A stretch of DNA of 44,244 bases from Robiginitomaculum sp. GTDB lineage: Bacteria; Pseudomonadota; Alphaproteobacteria; Caulobacterales; Maricaulaceae. This document shows positions 33,476 to 42,203 of the stretch, piece after piece. The stretch spans positions 1-44,244 of the forward strand of contig NVWT02000006.1 of the NCBI GenBank assembly GCA_002733735.2, read 5' to 3'. Under the pieces are notes generated by a model. The model saw only the letters and a list, made by a program, of their open reading frames with translations. It did not search any database and was not told the origin of the DNA. Made by a program: the position numbers and the translations under genes. Positions within the stretch are counted from its first letter, which is position 1, and each line of letters starts with the position of its first letter.

Positions 33476-34189
33476 ATGAAAACTGGCAACCCAAACCCAA
33501 TCTACCCGCCGGAATTATTAGTGGAGATATGCCCGCATTATTACGAGCTACACGATCAACTCATGTTGGAGATTAAAAAACACTTTAGAAAAGCAAGCAA
33601 AAAACCTTTGCGTATTCTAGAAATTGGTTGTGGTAGTGGCTATACGACTACTTGCTTACTGATTAGTTTCCCTGATGCCAGCATCGTATCAATAGATCGT
33701 GATGAGAAAGCCATCCGGCAAGCTAAAATAGCTACAGAGCAATTAGGCGAACATGTACAAGTGTCTTTCGTTCATGACGATGCTTTGTTATATTTGCAAA
33801 ACAGTGATCGCCCTAAATTTGATGTCATAACTTCCGCACTTACATTCCATAATTTTACAAAGGATTATCGTAAAAAAATACATGCTATTTTGCGAAAAAA
33901 CCTTAGAACAGGAGGAGTATTTGCTAATGCTGATAAATATTATTTAGGAAATAGAGCCACCCATTTAGCGAAGTTGAATTGGCAAATTTCTCAAATTATG
34001 GATGTGTTTGCAAGCAAGGCAGATTTTGACGGTAACCATGACTGGGTTATGCACTACCTTAATGATGAATTACCTCAATTTAGAATGCCGTGGAGCACAA
34101 CTAAAAAAGAATTGAGTGGTAACGGCGCTACAAAAATTACTCGAAAATTTTCGGAGAAAATGGAAACAATATTACTGGCTACATTTTAG
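33476..34189 (+). CDS. class I SAM-dependent methyltransferase
   Basis: Motif I is LRILEIGCGSGYTT. An acidic post-I residue (SIDRDE) and FDVITSAL are present. The substrate is unknown. Confidence 0.75.
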   Translation: MKTGNPNPIYPPELLVEICPHYYELHDQLMLEIKKHFRKASKKPLRILEIGCGSGYTTTCLLISFPDASIVSIDRDEKAIRQAKIATEQLGEHVQVSFVHDDALLYLQNSDRPKFDVITSALTFHNFTKDYRKKIHAILRKNLRTGGVFANADKYYLGNRATHLAKLNWQISQIMDVFASKADFDGNHDWVMHYLNDELPQFRMPWSTTKKELSGNGATKITRKFSEKMETILLATF

Positions 34190-35456
34190 GGCCTGAGTCT
34201 GACCGAACAATTTCAGACGTTAATGCATGACTATCCACACCACGATAGAAATATTCTCCTTCTTTTTTTCCAAATATTTTTTGATCATCTTTAGACAATG
34301 AATTTTTCAAAACTTCTAAAATGCCAGGAGCTTCATCTTCAATTTCCATTAACCTAAGGTCAATAAACTTTCTTAAGGTATCATCTGACTTCCTTACTAC
34401 AAAGCCAACAGGGTATAGAAGTTCTTTCGGCTGAAGTAGGTTTATGATGTTTTTATCAATAAACTGGGGCATTCGCTCAACCTGCCACCGTTCATAAAAG
34501 AGAATGTCAGAACGGTTGTCATTATCTTTCTTTGATAAACAGGCGAGCAATTGTTTTAAGTTCCATTTATCTACTTGCGCCTCCCCTTTATGAAAGTTTG
34601 ATAGATATTTAGAGCAAATTTTTTCTTGGAGTTCGCCGGGCCTCGACCTAATATAGAGTCCTTTCCCCAATTCATTTAACTTTGATATTAATTCGTTGAA
34701 GCCAAATTTTGATTTATCTTTAATGAGTGCCTTCCAATGTGAGCCGTCAGTGCTGATAAATGCGCCAATATCGGAGTAGAAAAGGGGCTTGCAAAACTCG
34801 ACACTATTTGATCTTTCCGTATATTCATATAATGGCGTTGCGATAATGTCATATTTGTACCTGTTTTCGCCCTCTATTTTATTATTGAGACCATCCAACA
34901 AATTCTCCCATGTTGATTCATCATGGTCACCAGATAAGGTTACACCAGTGTTTTTAAAAACCTTCGTTAATAAATCAAGGCCAAAGCCTTCGACTTCATC
35001 TTGTGCATTAATCTTTAAAGTTGGATAAAATTCAATGTATCCGTATTTTACGCCATTTTTCTTAATGTCCTCAAATCTATCATATTTTTCTAGGTTTAAT
35101 GTAGCTTGAGTCTGACCACCCTTTTTGTTTAACTTATATATTCTTACGAACTGCCAAATTAATAAACCTGTCATTCCAACGGAATACAGCACTAATAACA
35201 CGACTGGCCATTGCCATTTTTCCATAAAGTTCGTTTGGGATTTGGCGGCTTCCACCGCAGGACCTACGGTGTCTCCGACATTTTCTCCATCTATCACTTT
35301 TGTGATTAAGACCGCTAAGACTAACAATATCAACCATATGATAACGCTCCATAGCCACTTAATGAAGCCCAATAATTTTTTCCATACCCACCGTAGGGCA
35401 TTTTTCCCTAATGAGGTTTTTTTATCGAGGGCGCTATTTGTATTGCTGTCGCTCAT
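34179..35456 (-). CDS. membrane-anchored protein with a periplasmic-binding-protein type 2 (amino-acid SBP-like) domain
   Basis: N-terminal TM segments are WLWSVIIWLILLVLAVLI and WPVVLLVLYSVGMTGLLIW. They are followed by an SBP_bac_3-like pattern, YGYIEFYPTL...GFGLDLL...W..LLDGL...YDIIATPL. It has a 4-nt overlap with the ABC ATPase gene. Confidence 0.55.
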   Translation of the reverse strand: MSDSNTNSALDKKTSLGKNALRWVWKKLLGFIKWLWSVIIWLILLVLAVLITKVIDGENVGDTVGPAVEAAKSQTNFMEKWQWPVVLLVLYSVGMTGLLIWQFVRIYKLNKKGGQTQATLNLEKYDRFEDIKKNGVKYGYIEFYPTLKINAQDEVEGFGLDLLTKVFKNTGVTLSGDHDESTWENLLDGLNNKIEGENRYKYDIIATPLYEYTERSNSVEFCKPLFYSDIGAFISTDGSHWKALIKDKSKFGFNELISKLNELGKGLYIRSRPGELQEKICSKYLSNFHKGEAQVDKWNLKQLLACLSKKDNDNRSDILFYERWQVERMPQFIDKNIINLLQPKELLYPVGFVVRKSDDTLRKFIDLRLMEIEDEAPGILEVLKNSLSKDDQKIFGKKEGEYFYRGVDSHALTSEIVRSDSGPKM

Positions 35457-36118
35457 GACGTTAACTTACCCCCATCCATAATATATGCTTCAGCTTTTAA
35501 CTGTTCAGAAAATTCAGAACTATGAGTTATTGCAAGAACGCTACAGTTAATGCGTTTTAGTTCTCGTAGTATATTTACAACGATTTCTATGTTTTTTGCA
35601 TCGAGAGCAGACGTTACCTCATCGAGAAGCAAAAGCTTGGGTTTGAAAGATATTGCCCTCAACAGAGCAACTCTTTGGTTCTGTCCAAGAGATAGCTGGC
35701 TTGGGTATTTATCCAATAATTCGATAATTCCTAACTTGTCCGATAAAGCTTCCATTTCGCCCTTACTATATCCGTCACGCGCTTTACGCCAAACACTGTC
35801 GATGTTTTGCCGTGCGGTCATGTGTGGCCACAAATATAATTGTTGAAAAACTATTGATAATGAGGGAAATAATGTATATCTATTTTGGTGTAGGCTACCG
35901 CCGTTTTTGATTATTGAACCGTTAAAACTATATACTATCTCTCCGTCGTCAAAGCTAGACAGTCCAGCCAAACATCTTAACAATGTGGTTTTCCCACAAC
36001 CGCTATATCCTTTAATAACAGAAATAGTTCCTGCTTTTAGTGTCAGGTTCACGCCCCTTAAAACCCGTTCCGTCCCATATGACTTATGCAATTCTTTGCA
36101 TTCTAATACTGTTGTCAT
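35453..36118 (-). CDS. ABC transporter ATP-binding protein (polar amino-acid type)
   Basis: Walker A is GYSGCGKTT. The signature motif is LSLGQNQRVALLRA. Walker B is LLLLDEVTSALD and the H-loop is AITHS. Confidence 0.9.
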   Translation of the reverse strand: MTTVLECKELHKSYGTERVLRGVNLTLKAGTISVIKGYSGCGKTTLLRCLAGLSSFDDGEIVYSFNGSIIKNGGSLHQNRYTLFPSLSIVFQQLYLWPHMTARQNIDSVWRKARDGYSKGEMEALSDKLGIIELLDKYPSQLSLGQNQRVALLRAISFKPKLLLLDEVTSALDAKNIEIVVNILRELKRINCSVLAITHSSEFSEQLKAEAYIMDGGKLTS

Positions 36119-36837
36119 CCCGCCTCCCTCTCTTCCGGTAGCGAGAATTTTTTTCTTAGAGCTTGAGCGAGAAATATAATCGGAAGTGATAAACCAAGGT
36201 AGAATATCGCTAGCAATGTATAGATTGGAATTGGTGCGTACTCTATGGAGTTGATTCTTTGTGCTACTCGGAAAAGTTCCTCAACGGATATTAAGCTGGC
36301 AAATAATGTCATATGTAGAACAGCAACTTGGATTTTGAGTAAAGCTGGAATACTTGAGCGCATTATTAGTGGAAATTCTATTTTGCGAATAGATTCATAT
36401 TTTGAAAACCCATAAATATTCCCGCACTCTATGTATTCTTTCGGGAGCTGCTTAGCGGCATTTGTTACCGTGTCCGCAACTAAGAAGGCGTTGACAACGG
36501 CAAAGATGATCGTTGCCGAATATATAGGAGCGATTACTACACCGAATGCAGATTGCAAAGGATAGTGTACCCAAAATAAAATGGCTAATACGGGCAAGGA
36601 GGCCACGACCATGCCCATGGCAAGAACCGTCTTTGACATGGTTTTTGATTTCCATGTCATGAAGCCGACAACAAACCCAATTAACAATCCAATTGAGGAT
36701 GCTAAAAAAGTTATCCATAAAGTAGTCATGGCGCCCGAAAAGAATGCGGGCCAGTATCTTATGAGTAGGTCAAACACCTTATTCGGCTGGCGATTTAGTT
36801 CTGCCAAATGAGCCAGAGTATGCTTCGTATTGGTCAA
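36115..36837 (-). CDS. ABC transporter permease (amino-acid type)
   Basis: This is a polytopic 240-aa protein with a 4-nt overlap with the ATPase gene. The annotated start overlaps the SBP gene by 59 nt, so the real start may be Met 36729. Confidence 0.8.
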   Translation of the reverse strand: MTNTKHTLAHLAELNRQPNKVFDLLIRYWPAFFSGAMTTLWITFLASSIGLLIGFVVGFMTWKSKTMSKTVLAMGMVVASLPVLAILFWVHYPLQSAFGVVIAPIYSATIIFAVVNAFLVADTVTNAAKQLPKEYIECGNIYGFSKYESIRKIEFPLIMRSSIPALLKIQVAVLHMTLFASLISVEELFRVAQRINSIEYAPIPIYTLLAIFYLGLSLPIIFLAQALRKKFSLPEEREAG

Positions 36838-37627
36838 TAATCCTATTTGCTTGGCCAGAATTGATTATTTCCTCAATAGCAATGTTCATTGTGTTTTGAA
36901 AATTGAATGATCCTTTTTTAACAAGGAAGCTGTTAGGGAATAATCGCAATGCTCCAACGCCCTGAACCTCTCTTATTGTCCCTGGGTTCTTTGCCATATA
37001 CTCCAAAGCTATTGAAGGCTCCGTAAATGTAATATCAGATTTTTTTGTTGCTATTTCCAATAATAGCTCACTAACGCCACTTATCTGCGTCAGGCTTACC
37101 TGTTGTGCATTTGGAAAGTCAGCATCTGAAATTATACCAGCCATTTCACCGTCCATCACGGCAATTTTAACATCTGAGGAATTAACCAATTTAATATTAC
37201 TGTCGAACCGTATATCGCCGTCCCGGACATAAGCTTTGACATTGCTATAAAACGTAGGCGTTAGAAAATCGGCTTTTTTTCCTCTGGCGGCAGTGGGCCA
37301 AATACTGGTTGCTACAATATCGACTCGTCCGGAATCGACGGCTTCGATCATTGATCCCCAACCAAGTTCTTCAACAAATTCTACTTCCCATCCTAAATTT
37401 TCTGCTGCCTTCATTAAGATGTCATGCGAGATGCCAGACATTTCTTTGGTGTTAGGGTCAACTATGAAGCTTGGCGGGTATGGGATATAGCCAGCTCGTA
37501 TTACCCTAGTCTTAGTGACGCGATCAAAAACGGGATCGTTAAAACCAGATGATTGCTTCCCCGTATTTGGTGTGCACGCAACTAAAGCCCCCATTAAAAT
37601 TAAAAACGGAAATAAAAATCTTTTCAT
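36779..37627 (-). CDS. ABC transporter substrate-binding lipoprotein (SBP_bac_3-like)
   Basis: It has a signal peptide with lipobox LVAC. The family pattern is IRAGYIPYPP...GISHDILMKAAENLGWEVEFVE...WGSMIEAVDSGRVDIV. Confidence 0.8.
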   Translation of the reverse strand: MKRFLFPFLILMGALVACTPNTGKQSSGFNDPVFDRVTKTRVIRAGYIPYPPSFIVDPNTKEMSGISHDILMKAAENLGWEVEFVEELGWGSMIEAVDSGRVDIVATSIWPTAARGKKADFLTPTFYSNVKAYVRDGDIRFDSNIKLVNSSDVKIAVMDGEMAGIISDADFPNAQQVSLTQISGVSELLLEIATKKSDITFTEPSIALEYMAKNPGTIREVQGVGALRLFPNSFLVKKGSFNFQNTMNIAIEEIINSGQANRIIDQYEAYSGSFGRTKSPAE

Positions 37628-37902
37628 TTTAAACCCCTTGTAACTTTTAGTATTAGTGAACAGACTTGAATATCGGAGGCTGTTTTGCCTTTGTTACGCT
37701 ACTATTAATTCGCTGTCCAGCTTGAAGAAACGCCTTTCGGTTTTAGCCGCTTAGTAGGTGAGGAGTTTTTCTGTTCAGTACAAAAATAAAACCATCTACC
37801 TCCCGAAAGTGATGGAAGTTGGGGCGCAGATCGCAATGATACCATTTTGATTTAATGTGTGCACAACAGACAGAGAGCTATAGGTCAAATACTTGCGTGC
37901 CT

Positions 37903-37930
37903 AATGTCTGAAATGCCTAGTTCAGACATT
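37903..37930. repeat. perfect 10-bp inverted repeat (hairpin) with an 8-nt loop
   Basis: AATGTCTGAA-atgcctag-TTCAGACATT lies 10 nt upstream of the microsatellite. Confidence 0.8.
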
Positions 37931-37939
37931 CAATGTTTA

Positions 37940-38040
<101 letters not shown>

Positions 38041-38050
38041 GGCAAAGCGT

Positions 38051-38056
38051 TATAAT
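38051..38056 (+). promoter_or_regulatory. candidate -10 hexamer TATAAT; the corresponding -35 position falls inside the AACT tract
   Basis: A consensus TATAAT lies 10 nt after the repeat end and 84 nt upstream of the TTG start at 38140. No transcript data are available. Confidence 0.25.
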
Positions 38057-38139
38057 TACCATTTGACCACGCCGCCCTCCAAGCTACGCTTAATTCGGGG
38101 TGAAATCGTTTTGCTCTCCCGTATTTATGGGAGGCAGCA

Positions 38140-39231
38140 TTGCTTGATAATATATGGACTGAATACCTAAAAGAACGGCTGGCCGAAGAGCTGGCTGTTC
38201 ACAAACCACCACAACAAAACCACCAATCATTACCGGAACGCTGGATAGCTATGAGCTTGATGCAAAAAGCCATAAGGCGGAGCGATTCTAACGAGGCATT
38301 GCGTGCAGGATTATATTTGCTGAATGTCGACTACCGGATACTTTGGCGGAGATTATGTGTAATTGCATGGGAAGATATAAGCTTTGGTGATTTTGATCTG
38401 TGCGGTATGATCACAGCCGCCTCAGGATCAAAGAGATGGAGAGCTAAAGTCGGCGGGGAGTGGAAGGTAGCTTCTTATCTCATCAGCCAGCTATGTGCCG
38501 CCCAAAAGAACAGGGTGACAGATGATATTGTAACCCTCGTAAACCACGATGCATCACTTGAGGTTATACGGAGAGAATTGGCAATCGCCTCTGTAGAGAG
38601 TTTGCAATCAATTGCAAATTCACATTCCGGCCTCCTCCTCCAACGTGTCATAGCTACATGGTATGCATTGGGAACGCAGAAGTTTGGCTCCGATGTTCTG
38701 CATAGACGTAAAGGCGACGTAGATCACTTCTTTACTTGTTTTGATACAGACCAATGCCCTGAGCATGTTCTAGCCATCTGTAGAGTGGCTCTATCGCGAT
38801 CAGGAACCATATTACCTGCCTTTATCCCGCTTCTATGGAATGATTGGATGAAGGTAACGGAACCATTACCCTCTAATACGGATAATGGCCTACAAAGCTA
38901 TTCTATAAATTCTATTCCTAGATACGCATTTGATGGTCACACTAGGGCGGGGCGACGGTATCTATATTGGCTGGCTGATCAATCCAATGATCTTCAACAG
39001 TTCTTACAAGATGTAGTACCTAAGGCTGACAAAAACGCTTTACTGCGCGAGCTTTGCTTTAAAACCATATCCGCACTCTGTGTTGATCGCCAAGCTTGGA
39101 GCGTCACTGATAGCGTTAGACTAAAGGCTGACCAAGTCGGCTACGGTCTTACAGCGGCTTCAATCAGTCAGGGCATGCAAATACTACGAGTGTCAATGAA
39201 TACATACCCCATGACGGAGAAGCATCTATGA
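38140..39231 (+). CDS. protein resembling the C-terminal (MgsA_C) domain of RarA/MgsA, without an AAA+ module
   Basis: The TTG start has SD GGGAGG 5 nt upstream. SLMQKAIRRSDSNEALRAGLYLL...RRLCVIAWEDISFGDFDL parallels the RarA segment ISAFHKSVRGSxPDAALYW...RRLxxIASEDVGxADP. No Walker motifs were seen. Confidence 0.55.
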   Translation: MLDNIWTEYLKERLAEELAVHKPPQQNHQSLPERWIAMSLMQKAIRRSDSNEALRAGLYLLNVDYRILWRRLCVIAWEDISFGDFDLCGMITAASGSKRWRAKVGGEWKVASYLISQLCAAQKNRVTDDIVTLVNHDASLEVIRRELAIASVESLQSIANSHSGLLLQRVIATWYALGTQKFGSDVLHRRKGDVDHFFTCFDTDQCPEHVLAICRVALSRSGTILPAFIPLLWNDWMKVTEPLPSNTDNGLQSYSINSIPRYAFDGHTRAGRRYLYWLADQSNDLQQFLQDVVPKADKNALLRELCFKTISALCVDRQAWSVTDSVRLKADQVGYGLTAASISQGMQILRVSMNTYPMTEKHL

Positions 39232-39289
39232 GCCGCTCCGTAACACACAAACCAACCTTTACCTGTTACAGAAGCTTTTGGGGAGCAGA

Positions 39290-39934
39290 ATGAAGCCCTC
39301 CGAAGCCATGCCAGCCGCATATCTACGGGTAAGCACCCAAAGGCAAGGAATATCAGGTCTAGGACTAGAGGCGCAGCGTAAGGCCATTGAGTTATTACTG
39401 GACGGCAAGCCCTACCGCGAGTTCATCGAGATAGAGAGCGGCAAGAAGGCCAAACGGCCAGAGCTTGAAGCCGCCATTGCCTATTGCCGCAAACACAAAA
39501 CCAAACTGGTCATAGCCAAGCTTGACCGCCTCGCCCGTAATGTTCACTTCATATCTGGCCTCATGGAAACAGGCATAGACTTCATTGCCGCCGACATGCC
39601 CAACGCAGACAGATTCATGCTCCACGTCTATGCTGCTATGGCTGAGGAAGAAGGACGGCGGATTAGTGAACGTACTAAAGCGGCTCTTGCGGTGGCAAAA
39701 GCACGAGGCGTTGAACTTGGAAAAAACGGCAAGGTATTGGCGGCTAAGAACAAGGCAGAAGCGGACGTGTTTGCAAGGGGGGTTAGCTCGAACTTTGAAA
39801 GGTTGGGGATTTCACAAGATATGAGTTTACAATCGATTGCCAATTTACTGAATATTGATGGTGTTACTACCCGACAAGGCGAAATTTGGTATAGAGCTAC
39901 CATCAGTCGATTACTGAGTCGTATAGAACGATAA
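39290..39934 (+). CDS. small serine recombinase (resolvase/invertase catalytic domain)
   Basis: I prefer the ATG at 39290 (SD GGGGAG upstream) over the TTG at 39278. AAYLRVSTQRQ contains the catalytic Ser, followed by LVIAKLDRLARN. The C-terminus is LNIDGVTTRQGEIWYRATISRLL. Confidence 0.85.
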   Translation: MKPSEAMPAAYLRVSTQRQGISGLGLEAQRKAIELLLDGKPYREFIEIESGKKAKRPELEAAIAYCRKHKTKLVIAKLDRLARNVHFISGLMETGIDFIAADMPNADRFMLHVYAAMAEEEGRRISERTKAALAVAKARGVELGKNGKVLAAKNKAEADVFARGVSSNFERLGISQDMSLQSIANLLNIDGVTTRQGEIWYRATISRLLSRIER

Positions 39935-40141
39935 AGGTTTGGCCTCCTTCATATGAAGTGGAATAAATTTCTTTTTGAAGGCTCTACTATGATGATTTAC
40001 TCCATGCTTTCTAAAGAGTGGAAGTTCGATTTTATCAAAATTTCCACTCTGCCAATATAATTTCGTTGTTGATAGATTGAGGGTTGTGGGTTTATCATAG
40101 CCTCACTCTCGGCAAAGAAGAAATAAAGGAACATTGCTTCT

Positions 40142-40918
40142 ATGAGCATGACTGATATTGAATGGACTGATGCAACATGGAACCCAGTCGCTGGTTGTTC
40201 CATTGTATCAGCTGGTTGTACAAATTGCTATGCAATGAACATGGCTATGCGCCTTGAAGCAATGGGAGTTGAAAAATACACTGGGCTAACGAGAAAGTCT
40301 GGAAATAGAACCATTTGGACAGGTAAAGTCAGAGAAGACCAAAAATCTTTGCAGATACCTTACGGTTGGAAAAAACCTAAGAAAATATTTGTTAATTCAA
40401 TGAGTGATTTATTCCATAAAGGAGTTAGTGTTGAGTTTATACAGTCAGTATGGGACGTTATGGCAGGAACTCCGCATCATAATTATCAGATATTGACAAA
40501 ACAACCCGAACGAATGCGGGATGTTTTGATCAAACATATAGGTGAAATTTTGCCAAACGTTTGGCTTGGAACAAGTGTGGAAAACGCAAATGTTGTCGGC
40601 CGTTTAGAATTCATTCGGGATACGCCAGCCGCAATACGTTTTGTTTCTTTTGAACCGCTAATTGGTTCGGTTGGTAATGTAAATTTAGATAAAATCCACT
40701 GGGCGATCGTTGGCGGGGAAAGTGGCCCGAAGGCACGTCCGACAAGTGAAGCTTGGATAGATGAAATACATGAGCAATGCTTAACTTACGATACTGCTTT
40801 CTTTTTTAAACAGTGGGGAACATGGGGAAAAGACAACAAGAGAAGATCAAAAAAAGCAAATGGCAGAGTGTATCGAGGGCGAATATGGGATGAAATGCCA
40901 GGAACCGCACATGCGTAA
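40142..40918 (+). CDS. DUF5131 / phage Gp37-Gp68 family protein (three-Cys motif)
   Basis: The N-terminal hallmark is IEWTDATWNPVAGCSIVSAGCTNCYA (C-x6-C-x2-C). Later motifs are IFVNSMSDLFH, FEPL and GGESGP. Confidence 0.8.
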   Translation: MSMTDIEWTDATWNPVAGCSIVSAGCTNCYAMNMAMRLEAMGVEKYTGLTRKSGNRTIWTGKVREDQKSLQIPYGWKKPKKIFVNSMSDLFHKGVSVEFIQSVWDVMAGTPHHNYQILTKQPERMRDVLIKHIGEILPNVWLGTSVENANVVGRLEFIRDTPAAIRFVSFEPLIGSVGNVNLDKIHWAIVGGESGPKARPTSEAWIDEIHEQCLTYDTAFFFKQWGTWGKDNKRRSKKANGRVYRGRIWDEMPGTAHA

Positions 40919-40940
40919 AGATTTCATAGGTAAATAGTGT

Positions 40941-42179
40941 ATGGTTAAAAAAAGCTACAATTGGGAAGATGGCGCAATCCTAGACGAGCATTCCAAAGTC
41001 AAACTAAAAATTCTCGACGAATATTTTTGTGAGTATTTGCGCGTACGGTGTGTTTTACCACAACAAGAAAAATTCAGATTAGTGGTTGTGGACGGTTTCT
41101 GTGGTGCAGGCTTGTATAGCTGCGGTGCGTTCGGTTCGCCCCTGATTTTAATGTCTGCATTACAAAGAACAGAGCAGGAATTGAACCTTTGCCGTGCTGC
41201 GGATGGTTTTAAACCTATACGCATAGAGTGTCATTTTGAGTTTAATGATACCGATGAAAATGCCGTAGCTTTATTACAGAAAAACATTGCTCCACTGATT
41301 GCAAATATTAAAGAAAACTCTCCAAATTTATTGATCAACTGTACATTCACGGTTGGTGAGTTTGAGGTGCAACAAAATCAAATTTGCAACCGTATTGTTA
41401 GCTCGAAAGTTCGAAATGTTTTGTTTAACTTAGATCAATACGGCTATTCAAATGTTTCAGAGGCCACAATAAAAAAGCTGATTTCTATCACACACTCTTC
41501 TGAGATATTTTTAACATTTGCGATTGCCTCTTTTCTTGCCTTCTTATCTCCAGAGCGTTTGCGCCAAAACTTTTCATTAAATAACGTTCCGTTTACTGGT
41601 CAATTATCAGATATCACAGCCCAACTTAGCAAACCAAATTGGCTGGGAGCTGTGGAAAGTACGGTCTTTGAAGCATTATGTAATACGGCTAAATATGTTA
41701 GCCCTTTTTCCATTCATAATCCTAGCGGTTGGCGATATTGGTTAATTCATATTGCCAATTCATACCGCGGACGTCAGGTATATAATAATGTATTGCATAA
41801 AAACAAAAGTTCCCAAGCTCATTTTGGAAGATCAGGCTTGAATATGTTGAAGTATAGCCCTGACGAAGAAACATCTCTTTATCTTTTTAAACCTGAAGAT
41901 CGCCAAACGGCAACAAACCAATTATTGAATGACATCCCTAGATTTGTTGATAAACAAAACGAGCGCCACATAAAGGTTGGAGCTTTTTACGAGCTGACTT
42001 ACAATGGAACACCTGCACATAGTGACGATATTCATACCGCTATCATAGACAATCCGGATTTAGAGGTACTAACACCAAATGGTGGAACGAGAAGAAAACC
42101 TAATATGATAAAACCGGTGGATGTTTTGCGGCTACGACCGCAAAGGACTTTATTTTCACAAGCAAATTTTGATGTCTAG
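40941..42179 (+). CDS. tcmP: three-Cys-motif partner protein (TcmP-like), Rossmann/methyltransferase-like N-terminal half
   Basis: The N-terminus is WEDGAILDEHSKVKLKILDEYF followed by VVVDGFCGAGLY (SAM-MTase motif-I-like). It sits immediately downstream of a DUF5131 gene, the defining context of TcmP. Confidence 0.65.
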   Translation: MVKKSYNWEDGAILDEHSKVKLKILDEYFCEYLRVRCVLPQQEKFRLVVVDGFCGAGLYSCGAFGSPLILMSALQRTEQELNLCRAADGFKPIRIECHFEFNDTDENAVALLQKNIAPLIANIKENSPNLLINCTFTVGEFEVQQNQICNRIVSSKVRNVLFNLDQYGYSNVSEATIKKLISITHSSEIFLTFAIASFLAFLSPERLRQNFSLNNVPFTGQLSDITAQLSKPNWLGAVESTVFEALCNTAKYVSPFSIHNPSGWRYWLIHIANSYRGRQVYNNVLHKNKSSQAHFGRSGLNMLKYSPDEETSLYLFKPEDRQTATNQLLNDIPRFVDKQNERHIKVGAFYELTYNGTPAHSDDIHTAIIDNPDLEVLTPNGGTRRKPNMIKPVDVLRLRPQRTLFSQANFDV

Positions 42180-42203
42180 CAACAGGCATATCAAGGAAAC
42201 ACG

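Noticed and set aside
36779-36837. 59-nt overlap between the SBP gene end and the permease start, considered as evidence of a frameshift
   Set aside because: It is more simply explained by the permease starting at the internal Met (36729). Both proteins look complete.
39946-39957. 12-nt palindrome CTTCATATGAAG after the small serine recombinase, considered as a terminator or recombination site
   Set aside because: The stem is short (6 bp) with no loop and no clear T-tract, and no partner site was found. There is not enough evidence to call it.
39997-40203. 68-aa minus-strand ORF overlapping the DUF5131 start
   Set aside because: It overlaps a well-supported gene and its upstream region, and it has no motifs. 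It is likely spurious.
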